Below, piece after piece: positions 20,795 to 32,761 of a DNA stretch of 64,000 bases (position 1 is its first letter; each line of letters opens with the position of its first letter). The DNA comes from Vulcanimicrobiota bacterium (GTDB lineage: Bacteria; Vulcanimicrobiota; Vulcanimicrobiia; Vulcanimicrobiales; Vulcanimicrobiaceae). The notes below the pieces were generated by a model that saw nothing but the letters and a program-made list of their open reading frames with translations, was not told the DNA's origin and ran no database searches. The position numbers and the translations under genes were made by a program. The stretch spans positions 576,001-640,000 of the forward strand of contig CAWCIZ010000001.1 of NCBI GenBank assembly GCA_963795855.1. Reading direction: 5' to 3'.

Positions 20795-21955
20795 GAGCGA
20801 CGGCGCCTCGACCCACGAACGGAAGTATGCTTCATCCTCGATACGCAGCGCCTGCTCGGCCAGCTGCAGCGGCTTGAATGTGTCGACCATGACGGCGATT
20901 TCATCGGTCGACTTTTTGCCTAAACTGGCCTCGACGGCACCCGGCTGCGGGCCGTGCGGCGCCCCCGCGGCATGGAGTGTGATCGAGCCCTCTTCGACGC
21001 CGCGCCGGCTCATGAAATTGCCGCTGACGTAGTACAGCACCTCATCGCAATCCACGCTCGAATGATTGTACGGCACCGGAATCGCGAGCGGATGATAGTC
21101 GAAAAGCCGCGGCACGAACGCGCAGAACGCAGCGCCGGGAGCTTCGAAGGTCGCGTGGGCCGGCGGCGGCTGATGCAGTTTGCCGGTGATCGGCGCGAAT
21201 TCTTCGAGATTGAACGCGTACGGATAGCAATAGCCGTCCCAGCCGACGGTGTCGCACGGATGGTTCTGCACGACGTACAGCGCGTGCCGGCCGTTGTTCG
21301 TCACGCGGATTTCGTACTCTCCGACCTCTTCGATCGGCTCCCCGAGCAGCGGCACGCGGAAATCCCGTTCGTAGTACGGCGCGTGCTCCTCCAATTGCCC
21401 GAATTCGTTGCGGTATTTTCTGGGAATGCGCACCATGCCGGCGCTTTCATGCACCAGCATGCGCGTCGGCGAGGCCGGCACGACGCGGTACGTCGTTCCC
21501 GTCGGAATCAGGACGTAGTCGTGCGCGCGATATGCGAGGTCGCCGAAAGGCGTCTGCAGCGTGCCCTCGCCGCGATGTATGAACAGCAGTTCGTCGCCGC
21601 CGACGTTGCGGTAGAACGTTTCCATCGGCTGCACGGCATCGGCAATCGAAATGAGCAAGTCGGCGTTGCCGAGCAGCGGCGTGCGCGATTCGATCGCGTC
21701 GCCGCCCATACGAAGCCCCGCCGTTTTGAAGTGACGGTTGCGCAGCGGCTCGTTCGCGTGCAACTGCACCGCAGGCCGGTTCCACGGCCGAACGTCCAGG
21801 GTTGCCGTCGGCGGCCGAAGATGATACAGGAGCGAGTACACGCTTTCGAAGCCTTTGGTCGAGAACAGCTCCTCCGCGTAGAGACCGCCGTCGGGACGGC
21901 GGAACTGGATATGCCGTTTCGGCGGAAGGCGGCCGGCGCGAACGTAGGACGGCAT
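20786..21955 (-). CDS. hmgA: Homogentisate 1,2-dioxygenase
   Basis: PPKRH, GDELLFIHRG, DTVGWDG, HQPPPAHATF, PYNHSSVDCDEVLYY, LHAAGAPHGP. Confidence 0.93.
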   Translation of the reverse strand: MPSYVRAGRLPPKRHIQFRRPDGGLYAEELFSTKGFESVYSLLYHLRPPTATLDVRPWNRPAVQLHANEPLRNRHFKTAGLRMGGDAIESRTPLLGNADLLISIADAVQPMETFYRNVGGDELLFIHRGEGTLQTPFGDLAYRAHDYVLIPTGTTYRVVPASPTRMLVHESAGMVRIPRKYRNEFGQLEEHAPYYERDFRVPLLGEPIEEVGEYEIRVTNNGRHALYVVQNHPCDTVGWDGYCYPYAFNLEEFAPITGKLHQPPPAHATFEAPGAAFCAFVPRLFDYHPLAIPVPYNHSSVDCDEVLYYVSGNFMSRRGVEEGSITLHAAGAPHGPQPGAVEASLGKKSTDEIAVMVDTFKPLQLAEQALRIEDEAYFRSWVEAPSLST

Positions 21956-21958
21956 CGA

Positions 21959-22177
21959 TTACTCCTGTGTGTTCGGTAGTGCGCGTTCCGCGGCTGCGAA
22001 GCCGTTGTTTCTATGGCTCCCGTCGCAAAACGGTTTGGTTTGGGAGCCGCCGCACCTGCAGAGCGCGATGTTTGCGCCCTCGATCGTGTACGGCTGTCCA
22101 TCGCAATCGGTGAGCGTGACCGTGCCGGTGATCAAATACGGCCCGCTCTCGCGAACTTTTATTCTTACTTCGTTCAT
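21959..22177 (-). CDS. CDGSH iron-sulfur domain protein
   Basis: LCRCGGSQTKPFCDGSH; N-terminal GPY motif. Confidence 0.92.
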   Translation of the reverse strand: MNEVRIKVRESGPYLITGTVTLTDCDGQPYTIEGANIALCRCGGSQTKPFCDGSHRNNGFAAAERALPNTQE

Positions 22178-22184
22178 GTGCTCT

Positions 22185-22658
22185 TCAGCGGCCATACACA
22201 CCGACGACTTCGGTACGCGCGAGCGTATGACGCGCTATCGCCGATTCCAACTGCGGCCCGGTCAAATGCTCGCCCGGGACGTTCGCGTCGAGCGCGTACA
22301 GCGTGAAATGATAGTGATGCGGCTTTCCGGCGGGCGGGCATGGACCGCCGTATCCGACTTCGTCGAAGGACGTCGTGCCGAGTTCGTTTATCGGTATCGA
22401 CGCGTGCGCCGCAAGCCTGCGCGTGCGGGCAGGCAAATTATAGACGACCCAGTGATACCAGCCGCCGGGCGCGGGCGCATCCGGATCGTGCGCGACGAGC
22501 GCGAAACTGCGCGTCGCTTTCGGCGCGCCTTGCCAGTGGAGTTCCGGCGAGACGTTGGATCCGCCGCATCGCGCGTACACCGTAGTGAGCGGCATCGTCC
22601 CGTTCGCTTCGAACGTGCTCGAAGCGATCGTAAATGCGAGTACCGCCGCAGCAATCAT
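22185..22658 (-). CDS. YbhB/YbcL (PEBP/Raf-kinase-inhibitor-like) protein, probably exported
   Basis: DPDAP, WYHWV, YGGPCPP, HHYHFTLYAL. Confidence 0.92.
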   Translation of the reverse strand: MIAAAVLAFTIASSTFEANGTMPLTTVYARCGGSNVSPELHWQGAPKATRSFALVAHDPDAPAPGGWYHWVVYNLPARTRRLAAHASIPINELGTTSFDEVGYGGPCPPAGKPHHYHFTLYALDANVPGEHLTGPQLESAIARHTLARTEVVGVYGR

Positions 22659-24728
22659 GGTTGCGAGCCTCCGCCGGGCGCCGGAGTCGACGCGTTCTGG
22701 AACTCTCGATAGAAGGCGTCCGGGTTCATTGGCCGGCCCAAGAAACGTTCGACTTCAACATCGGGATCGTACGTTCGAGCCGGTTCCAAGATGTCTTCAC
22801 GGTAGCGCATACCCACCGCCGGATTCTCCAAACCGCCTTGCTGGAACGCGGTGAAAAGGTCTTGCGCGTAAACCTTCGACCATAAATAGCCGTAGTAGCC
22901 TGCGTCGTATCCGCCCATCAGATGGCCGAACGAGCCCTGCGGATGAATCCCGCTTACCGGCGGCAGCGGCATCAGCCGGCTCTCCATCTGATCCCAGACT
23001 GCCGTCGTGTCGACGTGCGGTCCGCTCGAGTGATACGTCATGTCGACTTCCGCGTAGAAGATTTGCCCCGTGTAGTCGTACGCATCGTCGACGTAGCGCG
23101 AACGCACCAGCGCATCGATCAGGTTGTCCGGCAGCGGCGCGCCCGTTTTCCAATTCGAACTGATTTGCTTGAGAATCGACGGCTGCCACACGAAGTTCTC
23201 GAGCATTTGCGAGGGCGCCTCGACGAAATCGGTGACGAAACCGTTGGAAAGCGTCTCGTACGGCGCCGTCGCGAGCAGCGCCGCCATGTTGTGGCCGAAC
23301 TCGTGGAAAAACGTCACGACGTCGTCGTGGCTGAGCAGCGCGGGCCGTCCGGCCGCCGGCCTTGGCCAGTTGCCGATGATCGCCGCTATCGGCGGACGGT
23401 AGGTGCCGTCCGGATTCATCCGCACCGGCAGAATCGGAAAGTTTGCGAAATGGCCGTACTTCCCGGCGCGCGGAAAAAGATCGAAATACGTCGAGCCGAT
23501 GAGGCGACCGGTTTTCGAATCGCTGACCGTGTACTCGACGACGTCGGGATTCCACGCGTCCGCCGGCGCGACTTGTTTGAAATCGACTCCGAGCAGCGTG
23601 TGATACACGTTCAAGACGGCGTCGACCGTATGCTGTACCGGAAAATACTGCCGGATCTGGTTTTGATCGACGGCGTACTGCGTCTTACGGAGTTGGTTGT
23701 CGTAGTACGAGAAGTCCCAGCGCTGCAATACCGCGTTCGGATCGCCCGTTTCTTTCACTTTGAGCGCGCGCAGCCGGTCGATCTCCGCTTTCGAGGCTGG
23801 AAGCAGCCGGGCGTCGAGCGAGTTCAGGAACGTCATCACGCGCTCCGGCGATTGCGCCATGCGGTCGGAGAGTCTGAAACGCCGCCCAGTTTTGATACCC
23901 GAGCAAGTGCGCCAAACGATCGCGTACGGAAATCGCCGATTCCAGCAACTGCGTGTTGGCGGTGCCTTGACGATTGTTATAAGCGAAGTAATACGCGCGG
24001 CGTGCCGCTTCGTCGCGTTCGTTGTTATAGAACGCCGAGACCGTGCTTTCGTTGACCGGCACGACGTAGCCGGCGGCACTCTTTTTCAGTCCCGCGACGA
24101 AATCCGCAGGAAGCGACTCAGCCTGCGCGGCCGTGATTGTGATGGTCGTGTCGTCGTTTGCAAGATTCTGCTGGAATTTGTTCTGCAGGTTCGTCAGTTG
24201 GTTGCTGAGCCGCACGAACTCCATGCGCCGCGCTTGCGGAAGAGCCGCACCGCTGCGTTTGAACCCATCCAGCCAAAGGTCGGTCATTTTGCGCTGGTAG
24301 ACGTTGCGGGCGGTTCCGCTGCGCTTCGCGCGAGCCAGTGCGGCATAGATTTGCGGGCTCGCTTCTAAATTCGTGAAGAAAGCGGATTCGTCGTTGTTGC
24401 AGTTGAGCGAGGCGTCGCGAACGTCTTTCGACGTCGAGACTTCGAAGAGAAAGGTTTGCGCAACGGTCGAGTCGTTCAGATCGGCCGTAAGGTTTTCGAG
24501 CGGCAGCACTGCGTTTGCAAAGGTCTTCCCGCCGCGCTCGGCGAGCAGCCGTTTGACGGCAGACTGCGCGCGTGCGATTGCTGCAGCGCAGGACGAATTT
24601 ATCTGGGCGGGCGTTAAATTCCAATCAACCGCCGTCGGAGCGGTGGGCGCCGTCGCAGCGGTTGCGGCAATTGGCTGGGCAGCAAGGGCAGTAAACGCAC
24701 CGAGCGTGAGGGCGGCGAAGCGGTTCAT
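22655..24728 (-). CDS. Secreted M3-family (thimet oligopeptidase-like) zinc peptidase; frameshift near 23875
   Basis: Signal peptide; FHEFGH, DFVEAPSQMLE, FGHLMGGYDAGYYGYLWS; split across two ORFs. Confidence 0.92.
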
Positions 24729-24815
24729 GGCGGCTTAACGTTAGGTAGCGCGACGCCCGTTCCCCGTGCCGTCAAAAGCCTGTTGCGGCGAGCGGGAGGC
24801 GTGCTATGATGCTTC

Positions 24816-24939
24816 GAGCCATGACGGGGGCCGGGCTGCCCGCGGCGTGAACCTGCAAACCCCGCCAGGTCCGGAAGGAAGCAACGGTACGTGGGCACTC
24901 ACGGGTGCCGGGCACCACCTGGTTTCCGTCGTGGTCTCT
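24816..24939 (+). ncRNA. ffs: Signal recognition particle RNA (4.5S type)
   Basis: Helix-8 signature CCAGGTCCGGAAGGAAGCAACGG near 24865-24887; ends GAGCCATGACGG and CCGTCGTGGTCTC pair; TG-C-TATGAT extended -10 just upstream. Confidence 0.92.
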
Positions 24940-25090
24940 AACGCCTCTTCATTAGAAGAGGGTCCAGTTGCGCTTGGCCGACGAGCAGAAAGGGCGGAGT
25001 CGCGTTTACGCGAACCTGAGGGCGCTGCCACGCCGTCACGTTCGACCTCACGTCCGTTGCGCGGGCCCGAGTCCAACCGTCAAGTAGCTG

Positions 25091-25975
25091 ATGATCAAAC
25101 TCAAAGACCGGTATTTCATCAAAATCGTGCCTCAGCGCGGCGATGTCGTTCATCGCTTCGAATTGACGCGCCGCCACATCGTGATCGCGGCTTGCGTGCT
25201 CGGTGTTTTCGTTTTGGGCTCATTGACCGCCGGAGTCGTTCAGGTCTGGCGTGCGCACGCACAGGTCGCCGCGTTGCGCTCGCTCGCCACCCATCAGCAA
25301 GCGCAGCTTCAAGACATGAATCAAAAGGCGGCGTTGATTCGCTCGCAGCTGCTGCACGTGCAGCATCAGAACCAGGAGATTCAGCAGCTCATCGGCGTGG
25401 CACCGAAAACGCAGAAGATGAGCGAGGTGCGGCACAACCTCGATGCGCTGGCCGCGGAGACGGCACAGACTGCCGCAGAATCCAACCGCTTGCGCCGGTT
25501 GACGATGCACGTGCTCAACGTGCGCCATTTACAGGAATTGACGCGTGCAAAAATGCTTGCCGCGATCCCTTCGATCGATCCGGTCGACGGAGCGGAGGTC
25601 ATCGGCTGCTTCTGCTACCGGTCCGCTCCCGACAACGAATTTCACGAAGGCGTCGATTTGGGTGCCGATTATGGCGACGTCGTACGCGCAGCCGCCGCCG
25701 GAACCGTCGCGGCCGCCGATTGGGACGGCGGATACGGGCAGAAGATCGACATCGATCACGGCAACGGTTATCACACGTGGTACGCGCATCTCTCGAAGAT
25801 CGAAGTGCAGGCCGGCCAGTTCGTGCACAAGGGTGAAGAGATCGGACTCGTGGGTTCCACCGGTTTTTCGACCGGGCCGCATCTGCACTATCAGGTCATG
25901 CTCAACGGCGTGGCTATCGATCCGGCTCCGTATCTCGACGGCGTACCGGCAAAAGTATTGGCCAGCCTTCCATAG
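25091..25975 (+). CDS. M23 family peptidase (TM, coiled coil, peptidase domain)
   Basis: HEGVD, YAHLS, GFSTGPHLHY. Confidence 0.93.
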   Translation: MIKLKDRYFIKIVPQRGDVVHRFELTRRHIVIAACVLGVFVLGSLTAGVVQVWRAHAQVAALRSLATHQQAQLQDMNQKAALIRSQLLHVQHQNQEIQQLIGVAPKTQKMSEVRHNLDALAAETAQTAAESNRLRRLTMHVLNVRHLQELTRAKMLAAIPSIDPVDGAEVIGCFCYRSAPDNEFHEGVDLGADYGDVVRAAAAGTVAAADWDGGYGQKIDIDHGNGYHTWYAHLSKIEVQAGQFVHKGEEIGLVGSTGFSTGPHLHYQVMLNGVAIDPAPYLDGVPAKVLASLP

Positions 25976-25990
25976 AACCCGGGGGCGGAT

Positions 25991-26272
25991 ATGAGTCTCG
26001 CCCTGTGCCAAGCCCTTTCCGCGCTCGATAAGGTCATCTGGCTGTACACGATCATCATGTTCGTGTACGCGGTGCTGTCCTGGGTCCCCGACTGGCGCGG
26101 AAGCTGGAGCCGGTACCTGGACATGCTCGTCGAGCCGGTGCTTGCGCCGATACGGCGCGTCGTGCCGCCGGCCGGCGGCATCGATTGGTCCTTCATGATC
26201 GTGCTCGTGATTCTGTGGGTCATCCGCGCGGAACTCATCGCGCCTGCCATTTCGCGCTGCTTCCTGTTTTAA
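25991..26272 (+). CDS. yggT: YggT family membrane protein
   Basis: LSWVP...[20 protein letters not shown]. Confidence 0.88.
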   Translation: MSLALCQALSALDKVIWLYTIIMFVYAVLSWVPDWRGSWSRYLDMLVEPVLAPIRRVVPPAGGIDWSFMIVLVILWVIRAELIAPAISRCFLF

Positions 26273-26276
26273 AATC

Positions 26277-28107
<1,831 letters not shown>

Positions 28108-28117
28108 CGGACGGTTC

Positions 28118-28729
28118 GTGCGCCTGAAAACCTACGTAGCCACGAAAAACGCCGGCAAGCTCCAGGAGATGAACGGCATCTTCGCCGGAAGCGAGTTGGA
28201 CCTGGACACGTACCCGCTTTACGCGCAGGCTCCGGAAGAAGAGCAGAACTACGCCGGCAACGCCGAATCGAAGGCGCGCGCGCTGCACGAGCAGCTGCGT
28301 CAGGCGAGCGTTCACGGCGCGGTGCTGGCAGACGATTCCGGCATCGAAGTCGCCGCGCTCGGCGGCCGCCCGGGCGTCCTGTCGGCGCGTTATGCGGGTG
28401 TGGACGCGACGTGGCCTGCGCGGCGAGAAAAATTGCTCGAAGAACTCGCGGGCGTCCCCGCCGATCGTCGCGCTGCGAAGTTTTGCTGCGCGATGATGCT
28501 GATCTTGGAAAGCGGCGAGCAATTCACCGGATATGGCGAGGTTGAAGGCGTCGTTACAGGCGAGGAACAAGGGCGCTTCGGCTTCGGTTACGATCCCGTG
28601 TTTTTCTATCCGCCCGCGAACCGCACGTTTGCGCAAATGCCGGAGGAAGAGAAGGACCGCGTCAGTCATCGCCGGCGCGCCGCGGAAGCGCTGCTTGCGT
28701 CCTATCGGGAATGGCTGCAGAAGCGCTAA
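28118..28729 (+). CDS. rdgB: Non-canonical purine NTP pyrophosphatase (Ham1/RdgB)
   Basis: [30 protein letters not shown]. Confidence 0.93.
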   Translation: MRLKTYVATKNAGKLQEMNGIFAGSELDLDTYPLYAQAPEEEQNYAGNAESKARALHEQLRQASVHGAVLADDSGIEVAALGGRPGVLSARYAGVDATWPARREKLLEELAGVPADRRAAKFCCAMMLILESGEQFTGYGEVEGVVTGEEQGRFGFGYDPVFFYPPANRTFAQMPEEEKDRVSHRRRAAEALLASYREWLQKR

Positions 28730-29571
28730 TCGTTGCGGCAAGCGCCGAGGACGTCGAGTACTTTGCGCGCCGCCGGTATCGGGACGAACAGGGACGAAAA
28801 CTCTACGTCGATCTCGCGCGCGTTGCGCCGAACGGCGCGTTTGTGGCAAAGGACGAAGGAACGCCGATCGGCATCGCGGTGCCGCATGCGCTCGACGACG
28901 AGTGGTTCTTGTCCGAGATATTCGTCGAGCCGTCATTTCAGAAGAACGGCATCGGCTGGCAATTGCTGACGGAAGCGGCGAAAGAGGCGGGAGACGTCAC
29001 GCGCAGCGGATTACTCGAGCCGAACGAACTCGGCGGTATCGCATTTTTCTTGCGCCGCGGCGTTGCACTCCAGACGCCGGTCGCGGAGATTTGCGGAACT
29101 ATTCCGCACGAAAACGAGCTCGCGCGCATGGCCGCGGGCGAATACCGCTTTCACACCGAGCCGCTTGACCCCGTTGCGCATCGAGGCGCGCTTGGGCAGT
29201 TGGATCGCGAAGTGCGAGGAAGTGCGCGTCCGCTGGATCACTTGTATTTCTCCGAGCACGCACGCGGCTTCATCTTTGCGCGCGACGAAGAGATTACGGG
29301 ATACGCGTACGTTTGGCCGAGCGGACGGGTGGGGCCGATGGCTGCCGCGTCACAGGCATATTCCGTGCAATTTTTCGCTTTCGCACTTGCTGCGCTGCGT
29401 CAAACGTTCGGCGCATCGTGGTGCACGATGCTCGTGCCGGGGACGAACATTCGCGTAACGCGCGCTGCGATGCGAGCAGGGCTCACGATCGAGGCCGTGC
29501 GTCTCTTCGCAAGCGATGGCGGCGTCCTGGATTTATCTCGCTACGTTGGGTTTCATCAGCTGCTTTTTTAA
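28711..29571 (+). CDS. GNAT family N-acetyltransferase (tandem domains)
   Basis: IFVEPSFQKNGIGWQLL acetyl-CoA-binding motif A; second domain with VGP motif. Confidence 0.75.
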   Translation: MAAEALIVAASAEDVEYFARRRYRDEQGRKLYVDLARVAPNGAFVAKDEGTPIGIAVPHALDDEWFLSEIFVEPSFQKNGIGWQLLTEAAKEAGDVTRSGLLEPNELGGIAFFLRRGVALQTPVAEICGTIPHENELARMAAGEYRFHTEPLDPVAHRGALGQLDREVRGSARPLDHLYFSEHARGFIFARDEEITGYAYVWPSGRVGPMAAASQAYSVQFFAFALAALRQTFGASWCTMLVPGTNIRVTRAAMRAGLTIEAVRLFASDGGVLDLSRYVGFHQLLF

Positions 29572-29620
29572 ACCGGCGGAGGAAAACCGTGCGCAATTTT
29601 AAATGGTTCAAGAGTAATTT

Positions 29621-29694
29621 CGGGGCGTAGTCGAGCTTGGTAGAGCACCGCGTTTGGGACGCGGCGGTCGCACGTTCAAATCGTGTCGCCCCGA
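29621..29694 (+). tRNA. tRNA-Pro(UGG); D-stem imperfect as sequenced
   Basis: Acceptor CGGGGCG/CGCCCCG; anticodon arm CCGCG-TTTGGGA-CGCGG; T-loop TTCAAAT. Confidence 0.9.
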
Positions 29695-29787
29695 TATTTT
29701 TGCGGCCAGGGCCCCTTGCGCAGCTGTGGTATCCTTACCGGGTGCGAGCGCCGGCGGGCCCGGGGCCTCGTCCGGCGGGGCGGCCGA

Positions 29788-29863
<76 letters not shown>

Positions 29864-29872
29864 AATCCGCGT

Positions 29873-29950
29873 GGTGGCTATAGCTCAGCTGGTTAGAGCG
29901 CTTGACTGTGACTCAAGAGGCCGCCGGTTCAAATCCGGTTAGCCACCCCA
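29873..29950 (+). tRNA. tRNA-His(GUG)
   Basis: G-1 plus GTGGCTA/TAGCCAC; CTTGA-CTGTGAC-TCAAG; encoded CCA. Confidence 0.95.
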
Positions 29951-30002
29951 ATCCACTGCCGTCAAGGTGACTTCAGCGCCCCGAGGCGAACCTAGCAGGC
30001 AG

Positions 30003-32761
30003 ATGGAGCGGCGTTATGCTGCGCCGTTCTGGCGCGCTTCCCTTGGTTTTGTCATCACGGCGGCGGCGGCGGCACTGCTGCTCTTTACCGTTTGGCGCGT
30101 GATGCGCCTGAACAATGAGGCCGGCAACACGCTCGCCCAGCTGAGGACGCGAGCGAACCGCCATCGCGTACGAAAGTGCGCTTTTCGATTTGCTGACCCG
30201 AAGCGAGCGCTTCCGTTTGCACGTTCAGATCGCGCAGAATCCGCCTTTCGGCCGCGATCTCCGCCGCAGCGTCGACGAGCAGATGGCAGTCGTCGAAAAC
30301 TTTGCCGCCTCTCGCGGAGATTCGTTTACGTCCCCAGCGGATTGGAGCATCATTCGGCGCTTGTGGGACGGGGCACGAAACGACCCGCAGGGCTATAGCG
30401 GCACCGATCTCAACGATTTGACGCGCGCCCTCACCAACCTCGTCTATAAAGTAGAAGACACGTCCGGTTTGGAGTACGAGAGCAATCGTTACGCCCAAGA
30501 TCTTGCCGACGTCGTCTTCTCGAAAACGCCCGGCGCGGTGCACGACGCGATGTACGCGGACTTGATCGCGCAGAACGCACAAGCGCGCCGCACGATCGCA
30601 ATCGCGGATCGCGTACGGCTCGCAAGGCTGCTGAATTTGATGGGCAGCGACTTCGACTTGAGCACGGACGATTGGGATGCGACGCTGCGAAATCTCGGGA
30701 ACGGCCGCTATCGTGCAAACGGTGCGGCGTTTGCGAGTGCCGGAAAACGTCTGGCAGCATCGCTGAACGACGGCGTGCTGATGCGCTCCACCCCGGCCGG
30801 CGACGCGTCCGCTACGCGGCGCATGACCCGCAGTGCGGTTGTGGCGGCCGCGCAATTGAACGCGAATGCCGCCGCGATGCTGGACGCCCAACTGGGGCGG
30901 CGCATCAACTACGAAATTTCGCGCAACCGGTACATCTACTCCATCATACTGCTCGTCGCGGTGCTGATGATCGGAATAATGCTGCTCGCTGCAGACGTGA
31001 CTGCCCGCCGCGATCGTGAAGCGCTGCAGAAGGCGCATCAGGAGTCGCAGCGTCTGAGCGCGGAACTGGCGCGGCAGAAGGCGGAGCGCGCACTGCGCCT
31101 TTCCGAAGCACAATTTCGGGCCGTCTTCGACGGCGCCGCGCTCGGAATCGGCATTTTCGATCGTGCGGGCGCGCTGCTCGATGCCAATGCGGTGTTTCGA
31201 AGCGTCTATGGTGAAAACGCCCCCGGCGTTCTGCGCGGACACGAGGAAGAGTTTGCCGAGTTGATGCGCGGCGAGCGCGATCTCTTCGAGTTCGAGCAGC
31301 ACGTAATGACGCCGGCCGGGCAAGAAGCGTGGACCGATTCAACCGTCTCGCTCGTTAATGACGACGCCGGGCACCCGTATTTCGCGATTTGCATGTTCCG
31401 CGACCTGACGGAACTCAAGCGCAACGAACGGCGAATGCTGCACGACATGACGCACGACGCGCTGACCGGATTGCCGAACCGCTCGCTCTTCGAAACGAAA
31501 GTGCGCGAACAATTCGCTCACAGGAGAGCGTCGCCGGAGTCTTCGTTTGCGGTACTCGTAATCGATCTCGACCGCTTCAAAGACATCAATCAAAGCCTCG
31601 GGCGCGAAGCGGGCGATTTCGTCATCGCGCAAGCGGGACATCGGATTCGTGCGGCAATCGAAGCCGCCGATGCGGTGTCGCATGTGGGGAGCGACGAATT
31701 CGCCGTGCTCGTACGTTCGCTGCCGGACGTGCTGCACGTCGAACTCATTGCCCGCCGCTTGCTCGGCACGCTTGCGAAGCCGTTCTCCATCGGGACGCGA
31801 TCGATTTACGTGTCGGCCAGCATCGGCATCGCCGTCGCATCCGGAAACTATCAGCGCGGCGAAGACGTCATACGCGATGCGGACATCGCGATGCGGTACG
31901 CAAAGGGCCCCGGCGGCCGGTTTGCGGTTTTCGATTCGAACATGCACGCGCGTGCGGAGAAGCGTCTGCAACTAACGACCGACTTGCGTCTCGCGATCGA
32001 AAATGCGGAGTTCGACCTGCTGTACCAGCCGATCGTTCGAACCGACGATGCGGAACTCGTGGGGTGCGAGGCGCTGCTGCGCTGGAAACATCCGCTGGAA
32101 GGCGTGATGCTTCCGAGCAGTTTCATGCCGCTCGCCGAGCAGACCGGTTTGGCAACGCCGATCGGACGATTCGTTCTGCGAACCGCGTGCCGCCAAATCG
32201 TTCGCTGGAGGGAAACCACCGGTAAGGCGCCTTTCCCGATTAACGTGAACGTGTCGGCGTCGGAACTGCTGGATGCAGATTTCGAGAGCGTCGTCGTCGG
32301 AGCGACACGCGAGTTCGGCGTCGATCCGGGCAACCTCGTGCTCGAAATCACCGAAAGCGTCGTACTCGACCCGGGTACGCGTCCGAACGCGCTGGTCGAA
32401 CGCCTTCGCGCGCACGGTTTTGGTATTTGCATCGACGATTTCGGCACCGGCTATTCGTCGTTGCGCTATCTGCAGCAATTCAAAGTCGACTCCATCAAGA
32501 TCGACCGATCGTTCGTTTCCGGTCACGACGGCGAGGTCGCGAGCGAGCCTATCGTGCGTACGCTCATGACGCTCGCCGAAGCCTTCGACGTGCGCGTGGT
32601 CGCGGAAGGCATCGAAACGCAGCGTCAGCGCGACGTGCTGCGCAATGCGGGTTGCCGTTTCGGTCAAGGTTTCTACTATGCGCGGGCACTCAGCGCAGAA
32701 GAGGCTCGCCGTTATGTATCCCGCGGCCTTCGGCGCCGCCGCAAAGCACGCGTCCGCATGA
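30003..32761 (+). CDS. Membrane sensor, PAS, degenerate GGDEF (GSDEF), EAL protein; frameshifts near 30150 and 32704
   Basis: Two TMs around a helical extracytoplasmic region; HDALTGLPNR, CEALLRW, DDFGTGYSSL; corrected end ELAVMYPAAFGAAAKHASA* overlaps the next ATG. Confidence 0.85.

Noticed and set aside
24766..25090. ORFs overlapping the SRP RNA region
   Set aside because: Arg/Pro-rich shadow frames over a clear ncRNA.
29628..29646. Non-canonical D-arm in tRNA-Pro (GTCG instead of GCTC)
   Set aside because: Most simply a local base-calling error given the window's error rate; the rest of the tRNA is canonical.
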